From Candidatus Anoxymicrobium japonicum (GTDB taxonomy: Bacteria > Actinomycetota > Geothermincolia > Fen-727 > Anoxymicrobiaceae): a DNA stretch of 59,898 bases. The stretch covers positions 1 to 59,898 of the forward strand of contig PHEX01000004.1 of the NCBI GenBank assembly GCA_002843005.1. The letters run 5' to 3'. Within the stretch, counting starts at the first letter, position 1; each line of letters opens with the position of its first letter. Positions 1 to 9,947 of the stretch are shown piece by piece. The notes under the pieces were generated by a model. The model did not search any database and had not been told where the DNA came from. It worked only from the letters and a program-made list of their open reading frames with translations. Both the position numbers and the translations under genes were made by a program.

Positions 1-1695
1 GTGGTTTCCTGGACCGACACCGAGATAGTAGTAGAGGTGCCCGCGGGAATTTCCGGTAAGACAGATGTCGTTGTCACAACGACGGGAGGGGCCAGCGACC
101 CCGAGACGTTCACGGTTCTCCCGATTTCCCCCGCTCCCACTGTGACATCCATCACATGCAACGCCAGCTTCAATAACGAGACGGTTTCCATCACCAACCT
201 CGCTGGGACCAACTTCAAAAGCGGTGCCATTGTCCGGCTCAAGAGGGCCGGACAGCCCGACATCATCGCAACGAACGTGAACGTGGTTTCATCGACCATG
301 ATTACCTGCAGATTCAACCTGAACGGCACGCAGGTCGGCACCTACACGGTCATGGTCACCAACCCCGACGGCAAAAGCGGGAGCAAAGCCAACGCGTTCA
401 CCGTAATGAGCGAGGTCGCAACCCTCGCCTGGTACCTCGCAGAAGGCACTACCGACTGGGGGTTCTCCACCTACATTACCATCCAGAACCCGAATGCGAG
501 CGCGGTCACGGCTCTTGTCACCTACATGCCGACAGGAAAAGCGAACAAGACAGAGACTGTATCTCTTCTACCTAACTCACAGACCACTCTCACAAACGAT
601 CATCTGATATCGGTTATGGGGGGAGCAACGGACTTCTCCACAAAGGTGGAGTACACGGAAGAAAAACCAATAGCCGTGGATCGCACCATGACCTGGACTG
701 GAAAGGGCGCCGCCTCCCCGGAGGGCCACTCTTCAGTTGGAGTGACAGCGCCGGCAAAGACGTGGTACCTGCCTGAAGGCTCCTCTAAGTGGGGGTTCGA
801 GTGCTGGCTTCTCATACAGAATCCCAACACCACGGACGCAACGGCGACCGTCACCTACATGATAGAGGGAGAAGGGCCAAAGACGATCACACACAACGTT
901 CCTGCCTCCTCCCGCGCCACCTTCAACATGGAAACGGATATTGGGCAGAAAGACGCCTCTATCAAGGTGGTAAGTAACCAGCCGGTAATCCCCGAGAGGG
1001 CGATGTACCGCAACAACCGACGCGAGGGCCACGAATCCATAGGGACAACAACACCCGCAACTGACTACTACCTAGCGGAAGGCGCGACAGGCTATAACGT
1101 GAACTACATAACGTACGTGCTCGTGCAGAACCCGCATGACGATCCAACTGACGTTTCTCTCGCCTACCAGACGTCCGCCGGCGAGGTTGAGGGTCCATCG
1201 TTCACAATGCCCGCCAACTCCAGAAAAACCGTAAAGGTAAACGACCAGCTCTCCCACAACACGGACGTCTCGACTCACGTGCACGGATCACAGTCTATAA
1301 TCGCCGAGCGCGCCATATACTGGAACAACGGAACAGGAGAGGCGTGCCACGACTCTATAGGGATGTCATCCCCTCACACCACCTTCTGCCTCCCGGATGG
1401 GCAGACCTCAGAAGGAAGAGAGACGTGGACGCTCGTGCAGAATCCGAACGACACTTCCGTCTCGGTGGAGATCTCCTATCTCACCCCGACTGGCGCGGGC
1501 AACGTCACAAAGACAGAGACAATTCCCGCGAGATCACGCAAGACGTTCAACATGGCCGAGCACTCGGGTGTACAGGGCAGGGCCGCCATCAAAGTCACCT
1601 CAAAGACCCCGGATAAGAAGATCATGGTCGAGCGCGCCATGTACTGGAACGCAAAAGGCGCGGGTACAGACACAATTGGCGGCTTCGCGGATTAA
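1..1695 (+). CDS. Secreted/cell-surface protein, 5' end cut by the window edge: two IPT/TIG-like Ig-fold modules followed by four tandem ~100-aa repeats
   Basis: Frame is open from base 1 to TAA at 1693-1695. aa ~143-564 form 4 repeats sharing W-Y-L-[AP]-E-G ... [VI]QNP[NH] ... ER-A-[MI]-Y-[WR]-N. The N-terminal ~140 aa look like IPT/TIG beta-sandwiches. No catalytic motif recognised. Confidence 0.7.
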   Translation: MVSWTDTEIVVEVPAGISGKTDVVVTTTGGASDPETFTVLPISPAPTVTSITCNASFNNETVSITNLAGTNFKSGAIVRLKRAGQPDIIATNVNVVSSTMITCRFNLNGTQVGTYTVMVTNPDGKSGSKANAFTVMSEVATLAWYLAEGTTDWGFSTYITIQNPNASAVTALVTYMPTGKANKTETVSLLPNSQTTLTNDHLISVMGGATDFSTKVEYTEEKPIAVDRTMTWTGKGAASPEGHSSVGVTAPAKTWYLPEGSSKWGFECWLLIQNPNTTDATATVTYMIEGEGPKTITHNVPASSRATFNMETDIGQKDASIKVVSNQPVIPERAMYRNNRREGHESIGTTTPATDYYLAEGATGYNVNYITYVLVQNPHDDPTDVSLAYQTSAGEVEGPSFTMPANSRKTVKVNDQLSHNTDVSTHVHGSQSIIAERAIYWNNGTGEACHDSIGMSSPHTTFCLPDGQTSEGRETWTLVQNPNDTSVSVEISYLTPTGAGNVTKTETIPARSRKTFNMAEHSGVQGRAAIKVTSKTPDKKIMVERAMYWNAKGAGTDTIGGFAD

Positions 1696-1701
1696 ACTTC
1701 G

Positions 1702-1783
1702 GGGATCCGGTCTGAATAGTTGCATTTTGCTTTACAGTTGCTGTGTCGACAGTCAGAAAATGCAACTATTCAGACCTGATCCC
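1702..1783. terminator. Long inverted repeat (27-nt arms, 1 mismatch, 28-nt loop) after the surface-protein gene; repeat family D
   Basis: GGGATCCGGTCTGAATAGTTGCATTTT (1702-1728) pairs with AAAATGCAACTATTCAGACCTGATCCC (1757-1783). Related units lie at 23446-23509 and 38601-38637. Confidence 0.6.
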
Positions 1784-1848
1784 AGTTGCATCCTGATATA
1801 CTTCCCGCGTGAAAAGTTCACGAAACACGGATGATATACGAGGTTGGC

Positions 1849-2064
1849 ATGCCGATATATGAGTACCGGTGCAAGGAGTGCGGGACTAAATTTGAGAAGC
1901 TTGTTCGCTCGCGGGAGAAGGTAACTTGTCCGAAGTGCGGAAAAGGCAAGCTGGACAAGCTATTCAGCGTTTTTGGAGTCAAGTCCGGCGAGAAGTTCAC
2001 TCCCAGCAGTGGAAGCAGTTGCGGAAGTTGCTCCAGTTCTTCATGTGCGACGTGCAACGACTAA
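1849..2064 (+). CDS. FmdB-family zinc-ribbon protein (CxxC...CxxC, Ser/Cys-rich tail)
   Basis: Starts MPIYEYRCKECGTKFE...CPKCG and has an SSGSSCGSCSSSSC tail. GAGG lies 5 nt upstream of ATG 1849. The track ORF begins at 1831, but 1849 fits the family N-terminus. Confidence 0.8.
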   Translation: MPIYEYRCKECGTKFEKLVRSREKVTCPKCGKGKLDKLFSVFGVKSGEKFTPSSGSSCGSCSSSSCATCND

Positions 2065-2070
2065 TGATTG

Positions 2071-2134
2071 CCCACGTCTACCGCGTAGCGGTAGACGGAA
2101 AGGTAGACGGAGCGGTAGACGGTGCCTGACCCCT
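2071..2134. repeat. Family A mosaic repeat, short form: small hairpin plus three 12-nt-phased GGTAGACGG units ending TGCCTGACCCC
   Basis: Sequence is CGTCTACCGC-GTA-GCGGTAGACGG-AAA-GGTAGACGG-AGC-GGTAGACGG-TGCCTGACCCC. Confidence 0.85.
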
Positions 2135-2226
2135 GGCTTTGGCTTTGCCTGCCTTTGCCTTGACGGGCTTCTTGCTCTCAAGTACTCTTTGTGAAGTGTT
2201 TCAGTTGACCGAAGGATTGATGAAAG

Positions 2227-2403
2227 ATGGCTGTTCCCAAACGAAAAACGTCAAAGTCGAATAGAGATTCCCGCAGGTCGCATCACGCGCTCAAGGTCGC
2301 CGTGCCCGGCAGGTGCCCGCAGTGTCATCAAGCCAAGTTGCCTCACCGGGTTTGCAGAGAGTGTGGCTATTACGACGGTCGTCAGATCTTCGAGGTTGAA
2401 TGA
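2227..2403 (+). CDS. rpmF: 50S ribosomal protein L32 (Zn-binding C+ form)
   Basis: Not in the ORF track (58 aa). Translation is MAVPKRKTSKSNRDSRRSHHALKV...CPQC...CREC..., ending at TGA 2401-2403. Confidence 0.9.
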   Translation: MAVPKRKTSKSNRDSRRSHHALKVAVPGRCPQCHQAKLPHRVCRECGYYDGRQIFEVE

Positions 2404-2494
2404 CCGCACGCATGAGCAAGCCATTTTTCGCATCCCCGCTTGATAATTCCGCGTGCCCGGCCGCGTTTAAGATGAATTCTGGAGGGCAACGCGT

Positions 2495-3568
2495 TTGCCT
2501 GCGATAATAGTGGTCTCCTCGCAAAATTATAGCGGCAAGAGCAGCGTGGTAGTGGGACTCGCGCTCGAGTTTCGCGACAGGGGCTTCAAGGTCGGCTATA
2601 TGAAGCCGGTCGGCGCCTTCCCGATCAAGGTTGAAAACGAGAAGGTGGATGAGGACGCTTATTTCGCGCGGGGAGTGCTCGGCCTCTCCGACTCGTTATC
2701 AGATATCTCCCCTTACTTCCTAAACCGTGACACGCTAGTCAGGTACATGCGCAAGAAGCCCGAGAATCCACTTGTGAGGGTCGAGGCATCTTACAATAAG
2801 TTGTCTAAAGGCAAAGATCTCATGTTCCTGGAGGGAGCGCGGAACTTTCTGCACGGCAGGATGCTCAATCTTTCGGCGCTCGAGGTGGCTGGCGCTCTTC
2901 AGGCGAAAGTGCTGTTGCTCGACACGTTTGACGAGGAGTTGACCGTTGACAGAGTTCTCTCCGCGAGCGATTTTTTTGGTAAGTTGTTTCTTGGGGTTGT
3001 GCTCAACTGGGTGCCGCCTCGGCGCATGGAGTTTACCCGGAATCGGTTTGGCCGGTACATGAAAAGCAATGGCGTCAATATGTTTGGCTCTATCCCGGTG
3101 GATAACGCGCTTCGGTCGATAACGGTCAATGACCTCGCCGATGGGCTTGATGGCAAAATAGTATCCGCGAGGGACAAGGGCGACGAGCTTATCGAGTCGA
3201 TGATGGTAGGGGCGATGGGTCAGGAGCAGGCGTTGCGGCTGTTTCGAAAGCAAGCGAACAAGGTGGTCGTGACGGGTGGGGATCGCTCCGACATCCAGCT
3301 TGCCGCGCTGGAAACACCAACTAAATCGCTGGTCTTGACCGGGGGACATATGCCTGACTCGCGTGTTCTGAATCACGCCGAGGAGATTGGCGTGCCTGTA
3401 ATTCTGGTTGATTATGACACCGCGACCACCGTTGAGATGGTCGATGCGGTGATCGGACGTCAGAAAGTTCACAACCTGGAAAAGATAGAGCGGATGCGTG
3501 GTTTCATCAGGGAGGGGCTTGATCTCGACCTGATGCTCGAGCAAATCGGGATCGAGGCGCGCGGATAA
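2495..3568 (+). CDS. P-loop (AAA_26-like) plus DRTGG-domain protein resembling the N-terminal half of phosphotransacetylase, without a PTA catalytic domain
   Basis: N-terminus is IIVVSSQNYSGKSSVVVGLA...GYMKPVG. The C-terminal half carries VVVTGGDRSD...LVLTGG (DRTGG-like). TTG start. Confidence 0.65.
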   Translation: MPAIIVVSSQNYSGKSSVVVGLALEFRDRGFKVGYMKPVGAFPIKVENEKVDEDAYFARGVLGLSDSLSDISPYFLNRDTLVRYMRKKPENPLVRVEASYNKLSKGKDLMFLEGARNFLHGRMLNLSALEVAGALQAKVLLLDTFDEELTVDRVLSASDFFGKLFLGVVLNWVPPRRMEFTRNRFGRYMKSNGVNMFGSIPVDNALRSITVNDLADGLDGKIVSARDKGDELIESMMVGAMGQEQALRLFRKQANKVVVTGGDRSDIQLAALETPTKSLVLTGGHMPDSRVLNHAEEIGVPVILVDYDTATTVEMVDAVIGRQKVHNLEKIERMRGFIREGLDLDLMLEQIGIEARG

Positions 3569-3619
3569 CCTCAGATCAGCGCTCATCGGCGCATAAAAGT
3601 TATTGAAAGGCTTTTCTCT

Positions 3620-4333
3620 TTGACCGAGATCGAACACGTGTTAAAAGCAGTTGAGGATCTTATCGGATACACTTTCACCGACCGCTCTCTCCTTGCGCAA
3701 TCGCTCAGCCACAGGTCGTACGTCAACGAAAATGGAAGGCCTTCTATCGAGTCCAACGAGAGGCTCGAGTTCCTGGGCGACTCGGTTATCGAGCTTGCCA
3801 TCACGCGCGTTCTCTTTGAGGATTTTCTGGATTATCCCGAGGGTGAACTGACAAAGATCCGTTCCGCGGTGGTGCGCGCCGCGGCGCTTGCCGAGGCCGC
3901 GGAACGGCTTGGGCTCGGCGACTATATTTTGATTGGAAAGGGAGAAGAGTCGAGTGGTGGCAGAAAGAGGCAATCTATACTCGCGGACACCTTTGAGGCG
4001 GTGGTTGGGGCTCTCTACTTGGACGGTGGCTTCGACGTGTCGTGCGGCATGGTGATTTCATGCCTGACCCCTATTCTTCGCGATATCGTGGAGTGGGGCT
4101 CAAGTGATTTCAAGAGCGATTTGCAGGTGTTTTCCGTCAAGCGCATGGGGCTGATGCCCAGGTACGGGATGAAGGAAAAGGGGCCGGACCACTTCAAGAC
4201 TTTTTATGCGACGGTTCAAGTGGGAGACAGGAAGTTCGGCCCGGTGGCCGGCGCCAGCAAGAAAGAAGCGGAACAGGGCGCGGCGCGGGTCGCGATTATA
4301 AAACTCGGCTGGTCCTCCGGCGGGAAGCACTAG
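3620..4333 (+). CDS. rnc: Ribonuclease III
   Basis: Carries the ERLEFLGDSV signature and a C-terminal dsRBD (KSDLQVF...GASKKEAEQGAA). Confidence 0.9.
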   Translation: MTEIEHVLKAVEDLIGYTFTDRSLLAQSLSHRSYVNENGRPSIESNERLEFLGDSVIELAITRVLFEDFLDYPEGELTKIRSAVVRAAALAEAAERLGLGDYILIGKGEESSGGRKRQSILADTFEAVVGALYLDGGFDVSCGMVISCLTPILRDIVEWGSSDFKSDLQVFSVKRMGLMPRYGMKEKGPDHFKTFYATVQVGDRKFGPVAGASKKEAEQGAARVAIIKLGWSSGGKH

Positions 4334-4375
4334 AAAAGGTAGACTGCGCTGAAACACGAGAAGGACGGTTTATCC

Positions 4376-5395
4376 ATGGTGAAAAAACGCAAAAAAGAGT
4401 CTGACCCCTTTTTGCGTTGCGTCATCGGCGCGGACGCGGGTGGCACCAAGATAGCGGTTGGCGCCGTCGATGCGACCGGTTGTGTAATCCTCAGGCAGGA
4501 AACGCCATCACCTGTGCGCGATGGCGAGCGAATGGTCGCGAAACTCATGGATCTCATCAAATCGTGCGTTCACGCGGCGCGCGGTGAGGGTTTTGAAGCC
4601 GCCGCGGTCGGCATCGCGGCGGCGGGCTATATTTTGCACGAGAAAGGCGTCCTGCTGGAATCGCCGAACATCGCCTGGTCCATGGCGCCGCTCAAGAAGA
4701 TATCACGCGAAGCGACGGGCCTGCCGTCGTTCCTGGAAAACGACGCTAATGCCGCCGCGGCTGGTGAGCATTTCACGGGGGCGTGCAGAAGCGTGGACGA
4801 TTTTGTCTATCTTACCCTGGGCACCGGTGTTGGTGGAGGCGTATATATAGATGGAAATATCTACAGGGGGCATAGAGGAACCGCGGCCGAGCTGGGCCAT
4901 ATGGTGATCGACCCGAACGGGCCGGTTTGTGGTTGCGGCCGCCGTGGGTGCCTGGAGATTCTCGCGTCGGGAACCGCGCTCGAGCGGGAAGCGGCGGAAC
5001 TGTCATCAGGTTCGGACAATTCGCTTCTGCTGGATATGTGCGGTGGCGACACGTCTCTTATTACCGGCGAGATGGTCTCCGCAGCCGCGGAAAAGGGAGA
5101 CCCAAAGGCGCTGGAGGCGTTCAAGCGCGTTGCGTATTATCTTGGCCTTGGCATCGTCAATCTCATTCACGTGTTCAATCCGGAGATGGTGGTTCTGGGT
5201 GGTGGGGTCGCGCGGTCGGGCCACCTGCTGTTAGACGAGCTCGACCTGGTCATTGCCGAGCACGGCATAACCGTTCTTGTCGAGAACACGACCATAGTTC
5301 TCTCGACTCTCGGTGGCGACGCCGGCATTGTGGGGGCCGGAGCTATCGCGTGGGAAGGAATCAAGAAGGGGTTAGATTGTTTCTCAGATCGCTGA
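4376..5395 (+). CDS. ROK-family sugar kinase (glucokinase-like)
   Basis: Has the GADAGGTKIAVG ATP motif, ROK Zn motif GHMVIDPNGPVCGCGRRGCLE and DNDANAAA. Confidence 0.85.
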   Translation: MVKKRKKESDPFLRCVIGADAGGTKIAVGAVDATGCVILRQETPSPVRDGERMVAKLMDLIKSCVHAARGEGFEAAAVGIAAAGYILHEKGVLLESPNIAWSMAPLKKISREATGLPSFLENDANAAAAGEHFTGACRSVDDFVYLTLGTGVGGGVYIDGNIYRGHRGTAAELGHMVIDPNGPVCGCGRRGCLEILASGTALEREAAELSSGSDNSLLLDMCGGDTSLITGEMVSAAAEKGDPKALEAFKRVAYYLGLGIVNLIHVFNPEMVVLGGGVARSGHLLLDELDLVIAEHGITVLVENTTIVLSTLGGDAGIVGAGAIAWEGIKKGLDCFSDR

Positions 5396-8300
5396 CTATC
5401 AAAGGCTTCAAGTCCTTCGCCAGAAAAACCGTGCTCGAGTTCGAGCCTGGCATGACTGTAATCGTTGGCCCGAACGGGGTAGGTAAGAGCAATATCGCCG
5501 ACGCTGTCATGTGGGTGCTGGGCGAGCAGAGTCCCACGTCGCTTCGCGGCAATCGCATGGAGGACGTCATTTTCGCCGGCTCAATGAGCCTCAAGCCTGT
5601 CAACATGGCGGAGGTCTCGCTGACGCTCGATAACTCCAATAATGATTTTCCGCTGGATTATTCGGAGGTGGTCATATCTCGCAATGTCGTTCGCGGCGGT
5701 GACAGCGAGTATCGCTTGAACAACAGCCCGTGCAGGCTTCTCGACATTCAGGAACTCCTGTCGGACGCGGGAGTTGGACGAAGTGTCAACGCGGTCATCA
5801 GTCAGGGACAGCTTGACGAAGTTCTGTCGTGCCTTCCCGCGGAGCGGCGGAATTATATCGAAGAAGCTGGGGGGCTGCTCAAATATCGCAAGAGGCGTGA
5901 GAAGGCGATGCGAAGACTCGCCCGCATGGATGAGGAGTTTCTCAGAATAAACGACGTGGCCCGCGAGGTACGGCGCGCGTTGCGCCCGCTGCAACGTCAG
6001 GCGGGCAGGCTCGAGCAGTACACGACAGTGGTTGGAGAGATGAACGAGACGAAGTTGAGGTTAGACGTTGCGCGTCTTCGCGCGATGCGCGTGGAGCACC
6101 AGGGGCGCCAGGATAAGCGGGAGGAGTGCTCACGGCGGCTGGGGGAGATTGAAAAGACGCTCCGTGAAAAAGCGGCTGAAGCCTCGATGCTCGAGAAGGC
6201 GCAGTCGGAGTGGCAAACGCGAGAGGGAAGTTTGCGCGGCGGGCTGTACAGGCTCGTGTCGCTCCACGAGCAGTTGAAGGTCATGCTGTCGCTTGCCGAC
6301 GAGAAGTTCAGGCGGTTGAAGGAGGAGGACGCGGTGCCGCCGGCGGCGCTCGAGCAACTCACCGCCGAGAATCTGGCGCTTGATCGATCGCGCGCCGCGA
6401 TCCTCGAGAAGCTCGAGGAGTTGAGGAAACGCGAGACGGAGCTTGAGTCAAGCGTTTTGAAAATCAACAGCCACCTGAACGATCTTGCCAGGCGGAGGGC
6501 TACCATCGAGGCGCGGCTCGAGGTGCTTCGAGAGAGCGAGCGCGAACAGGCCGATCTTGCGGAGAAAGCGTTTGCCGAGAAGAAGGCCGAACTCGCGCGG
6601 CTCACCGGCGAGCGCGCCACGGCGGAAAGCGAGTTTGCCATTCTTCGAGAGCGGGAATCACTTGCTCACTCGAGGTTGGATGAGCTCTCTTCGAGTCTCG
6701 AGTCCCTTGACGCCGGGAGCGCCGGGGTGATGGATCAGTTGCGAGAGGCCGAGCGGCAACAGGCCGGCCTTGTCGCCACACTGAGTATTCTTACGCGGTT
6801 TGAAACCGAGACGTGTGGACCGGCGAGCGTGTCGGCGGCGTTGATCGATAGTGACCCGACCGGCGGGCGCCTTGAAGGAATGCTTGCCCCCGATTTGAAG
6901 ATAGATCCCTCACACGAGAGCGCGATCGTCGGATACCTTGGCCCATGGCTTTTTGGAATAGTCGCCTGCGACACGAACGCTATCGTCGTCGCGATAGAGC
7001 ATCTCAAGAAAAAAGGTCTCGGGCAGGGCCTGTTTTTCAGGCGCGGTGGCGAAGAACCGTCACATGAGCGCTCGAGCCCGCATGTTGAGGGCGCCGCGCG
7101 CGCGAGGGACGCGGTCGAAGCGCCTGATAGGTTTGGCGATGCTCTGGATGCCCTGCTGGACGGAGTGTATCTGGCGGATGACCTGAAATCCGCCGTCAAG
7201 CTTGCCGGGCGTTATCCGCAACAGACATTTCTTTCTCCCGCCGGGGATGTCATTGCGCCAGGGGGAATGATAAAGGGCGGCAGCCCGACGGTGAACCCAG
7301 CCGTAATTGATATGACAGCGGGCAGACGGCGACAGCTCGAGGATTCTCTCGAGGATTTGAGCGAGAATATCAACGCTCTCGAGTTGCGGCGGAAATATTT
7401 CACCGATGAAACAAGCCGCGCGAAAGCCGAGCTTTTGGATGCCGGGAGCGCTTTCTCAACCGCAAGAGACGCGCTCAAAGAAAAAGGCTTGAGGAACACT
7501 TCGCTTACCGCGCGTATCGAGGCGTTGAAGGCGGACGTGGAAGGATGTCACAAAACGCCGGCGGCGGCAAAGGGCAGGTCGCAGGTTGATCAAGCGCAAC
7601 TTGAGTCTCAAGCCGGGACGTTGATTGATGAGGAACGCCTGGCCACGGCCGAGCTTCAAAAATGTGAGAGCGCTCACAGCGCGCTCACCAGGGAGGCGCG
7701 CGCCGCCGTTTCGGAGATTGCCACGCTCGACAGGCGGTTGGAGACAGGCCGCGTCAAGGAGCGCTCCTTGCGCTCGAGGAAACAGGGCTGCGTCCTCCAT
7801 GCGATTGACGAAGATGATCTTGCCAACATTGTCGCGTTGCGCGATCGGCTTGTCATGCTGCTCGAGGCGGCCAGAGAACGCGCGAAGCGCGGGCTCGACG
7901 AAGGCGTTTTGAAGGAAAAGGAAGCTATGAATAGCGCGCGCGCTTTGCGCGGGGCGATTGACGGCCTTCAGGCGGAACGCGAGTCTCTGCGTGATCGGAT
8001 GCACGCCGAGGAACTATCGAACGCCGAGATGAAGGTCAGAGTTGAGCAACTGGTGGATCGCATTGTGGACGACCACAAAGTTCCACTTGAATTTGCGCTC
8101 AAGCATTATCCTGATGAGGCGCCGATGGGTGAGCTCGAGGCCAGAATAGAGGAACTGACGCGGCAACTCGAGGCGATAGGGCCGATAAATCCCAAGGCGA
8201 TAATAGAGCGCGAGACGCTCGAGCAGCGCAGTGATTTATTCAAGACACAGATAGATGATATCGAGCAGGCCCGCGCGCAGTTGAAACGCGTTGTTCATCA

Positions 8301-8784
8301 GGTGGATCGGGAGATAGAGCAGAAGTTCAGTGATACGCTTGACGCCATCAACCATCACTTCAAGGAAATCTTCATCACGCTTTTTCCGAACGGCGACGCG
8401 GAACTTCGCCTGACGGACCCCGACGACCTTTTGGGCACTGGAGTAGAAATCATGGCGCAGCCGGAGGGCAAGCGGTTGCGAAGATTATCACTGCTGTCGG
8501 GTGGGGAGACGTCCATGGCGGCGCTCGCGTTTTTTTTCGCGCTCTTCAAGGTGAGGCCGAGCCCGTTTTATTTTCTGGACGAGGTCGAGGCGGCGCTCGA
8601 TGATGTGAACCTGCACAAGTTTCTGAATCTGGCGCGTGAATTCAAGGGCGAGTCTCAGCTCGTGCTCATTACGCACCAGAAACGTTCCATGGAGATCGCC
8701 GACATTCTTTACGGCGTGTCCATGCAGGACGACGGGATGTCAAGGGTCATCTCCCAGAAAGTGGAACAAAAGGCGGCTTCCTGA
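5377..8784 (+). CDS. smc: Chromosome partition protein SMC
   Basis: The family N-terminus (M)FLRSLTIKGFKSF starts at TTG 5377. Has Walker A GPNGVGKSN, long coiled coils, a hinge, LSGGE signature and Walker B FYFLDEVEAALD. The track ORF start at 4927 is an upstream in-frame read-through across the ROK gene. Confidence 0.9.
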   Translation: MFLRSLTIKGFKSFARKTVLEFEPGMTVIVGPNGVGKSNIADAVMWVLGEQSPTSLRGNRMEDVIFAGSMSLKPVNMAEVSLTLDNSNNDFPLDYSEVVISRNVVRGGDSEYRLNNSPCRLLDIQELLSDAGVGRSVNAVISQGQLDEVLSCLPAERRNYIEEAGGLLKYRKRREKAMRRLARMDEEFLRINDVAREVRRALRPLQRQAGRLEQYTTVVGEMNETKLRLDVARLRAMRVEHQGRQDKREECSRRLGEIEKTLREKAAEASMLEKAQSEWQTREGSLRGGLYRLVSLHEQLKVMLSLADEKFRRLKEEDAVPPAALEQLTAENLALDRSRAAILEKLEELRKRETELESSVLKINSHLNDLARRRATIEARLEVLRESEREQADLAEKAFAEKKAELARLTGERATAESEFAILRERESLAHSRLDELSSSLESLDAGSAGVMDQLREAERQQAGLVATLSILTRFETETCGPASVSAALIDSDPTGGRLEGMLAPDLKIDPSHESAIVGYLGPWLFGIVACDTNAIVVAIEHLKKKGLGQGLFFRRGGEEPSHERSSPHVEGAARARDAVEAPDRFGDALDALLDGVYLADDLKSAVKLAGRYPQQTFLSPAGDVIAPGGMIKGGSPTVNPAVIDMTAGRRRQLEDSLEDLSENINALELRRKYFTDETSRAKAELLDAGSAFSTARDALKEKGLRNTSLTARIEALKADVEGCHKTPAAAKGRSQVDQAQLESQAGTLIDEERLATAELQKCESAHSALTREARAAVSEIATLDRRLETGRVKERSLRSRKQGCVLHAIDEDDLANIVALRDRLVMLLEAARERAKRGLDEGVLKEKEAMNSARALRGAIDGLQAERESLRDRMHAEELSNAEMKVRVEQLVDRIVDDHKVPLEFALKHYPDEAPMGELEARIEELTRQLEAIGPINPKAIIERETLEQRSDLFKTQIDDIEQARAQLKRVVHQVDREIEQKFSDTLDAINHHFKEIFITLFPNGDAELRLTDPDDLLGTGVEIMAQPEGKRLRRLSLLSGGETSMAALAFFFALFKVRPSPFYFLDEVEAALDDVNLHKFLNLAREFKGESQLVLITHQKRSMEIADILYGVSMQDDGMSRVISQKVEQKAAS

Positions 8785-9920
8785 TGGCAAAAGGTAAAAA
8801 GAGGTTGAAGGCGCCGGGAGAGCGCAGGCCTGGCCCGAGACGCGCGCCTTCCGCGCCTGAGGACGGCGCCGCGACGATGGCGGCCCGTGAATCTTCTTCC
8901 TTCGACGCGCGCCGGGCGGTTTCGACAGAAGATCTTTCAGAGCCGAAAGAAGATATCTCTTTTGAACTTGACGGTGTCGGCGAGGAAGAAGAGCTCGAGA
9001 CGCCGGTCGAAGGGCAGGATGAAGAGAAGCAGAAGTACCGCCGCGGCATGTTTCGCTCGCGAAGATTTCTCTCAAAGCCTTTTGTGAGGGCCGCGACGCG
9101 CAAGGCGATCGATAGTGAATTCTGGCGCGAAACCGAGGAGGCGTTGATAGCCGCCGACACGGGAGTCGCGTGCGCCGCGGAGATCGTCAAGGGCGCGAAG
9201 GACAGGATATTCTCCGCGGGAATAAGAGACCTCGAAGGCTTGAAGGATGCTTTCAGGGAGGAGGTCGCCGAGACAATTCGCTCGTTTGGCGCTTCCCCAG
9301 AGTTTGGCCTGGCGCGTCCACACGTAATTTTTATAGTTGGCATAAACGGCGTCGGCAAGACTACCACTTCGGCAAAAATCGGATATCTGCTCAAGGAACG
9401 AGGACACAAGGTCATCTACGCCGCGGCTGACACGTTCAGAGCGGCTGGCGACGAACAGATGGAGATGTGGGCGCACAGGGTCGGGGCGCCGGTTGTCCGT
9501 CACAAAACCGGCGGCGATCCCGGCGCGGTGGTTTTTGACGCTATCGAGTCGGCGCGCGCGCGCGGCATCGATTTCGTAATTGTGGACACGGCGGGCAGGC
9601 TGCATACCAGAAAGAACTTGATGGATGAGCTGGCAAAGATGTGGAGGGTCGCCGACCGGCAGATAGAGGGCGCTCCTGAGAGCATTCTGGTCATAGACGC
9701 CACTACCGGCCAGAACGCCGTAACTCAGGCCCGCATCTTCAGTGAGGCGTTTGAAATTGGCTCGATCGCGCTGACCAAGATGGATGGTAGCGCGAAAGGC
9801 GGCGTGGTGCTGGCGATCGGACGAGAGCTTGGGATACCCGTGTCTTACATCGGATGCGGTGAGGGGCTTTCGGACTTGCGGCCATTTGACTCGGATGAGT
9901 ACGCCCGCGCGCTGTTTTAG
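8784..9920 (+). CDS. ftsY: Signal recognition particle receptor FtsY with an acidic N-terminal extension
   Basis: Has [15 protein letters not shown] and [10 protein letters not shown]. Its ATG overlaps the smc TGA (TGATG). Confidence 0.9.
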   Translation: MAKGKKRLKAPGERRPGPRRAPSAPEDGAATMAARESSSFDARRAVSTEDLSEPKEDISFELDGVGEEEELETPVEGQDEEKQKYRRGMFRSRRFLSKPFVRAATRKAIDSEFWRETEEALIAADTGVACAAEIVKGAKDRIFSAGIRDLEGLKDAFREEVAETIRSFGASPEFGLARPHVIFIVGINGVGKTTTSAKIGYLLKERGHKVIYAAADTFRAAGDEQMEMWAHRVGAPVVRHKTGGDPGAVVFDAIESARARGIDFVIVDTAGRLHTRKNLMDELAKMWRVADRQIEGAPESILVIDATTGQNAVTQARIFSEAFEIGSIALTKMDGSAKGGVVLAIGRELGIPVSYIGCGEGLSDLRPFDSDEYARALF

Positions 9921-9947
9921 CCTTGCAAGAGAGAAAGGAACGGTACT

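Noticed and set aside
4927-5376. 150-codon N-terminal extension of smc in the ORF track
   Set aside because: It overlaps the ROK kinase gene in another frame and has an Arg/Gly/Trp-rich nonsense composition. The canonical SMC N-terminus (FLRSLTIKGFKSF) begins at TTG 5377.
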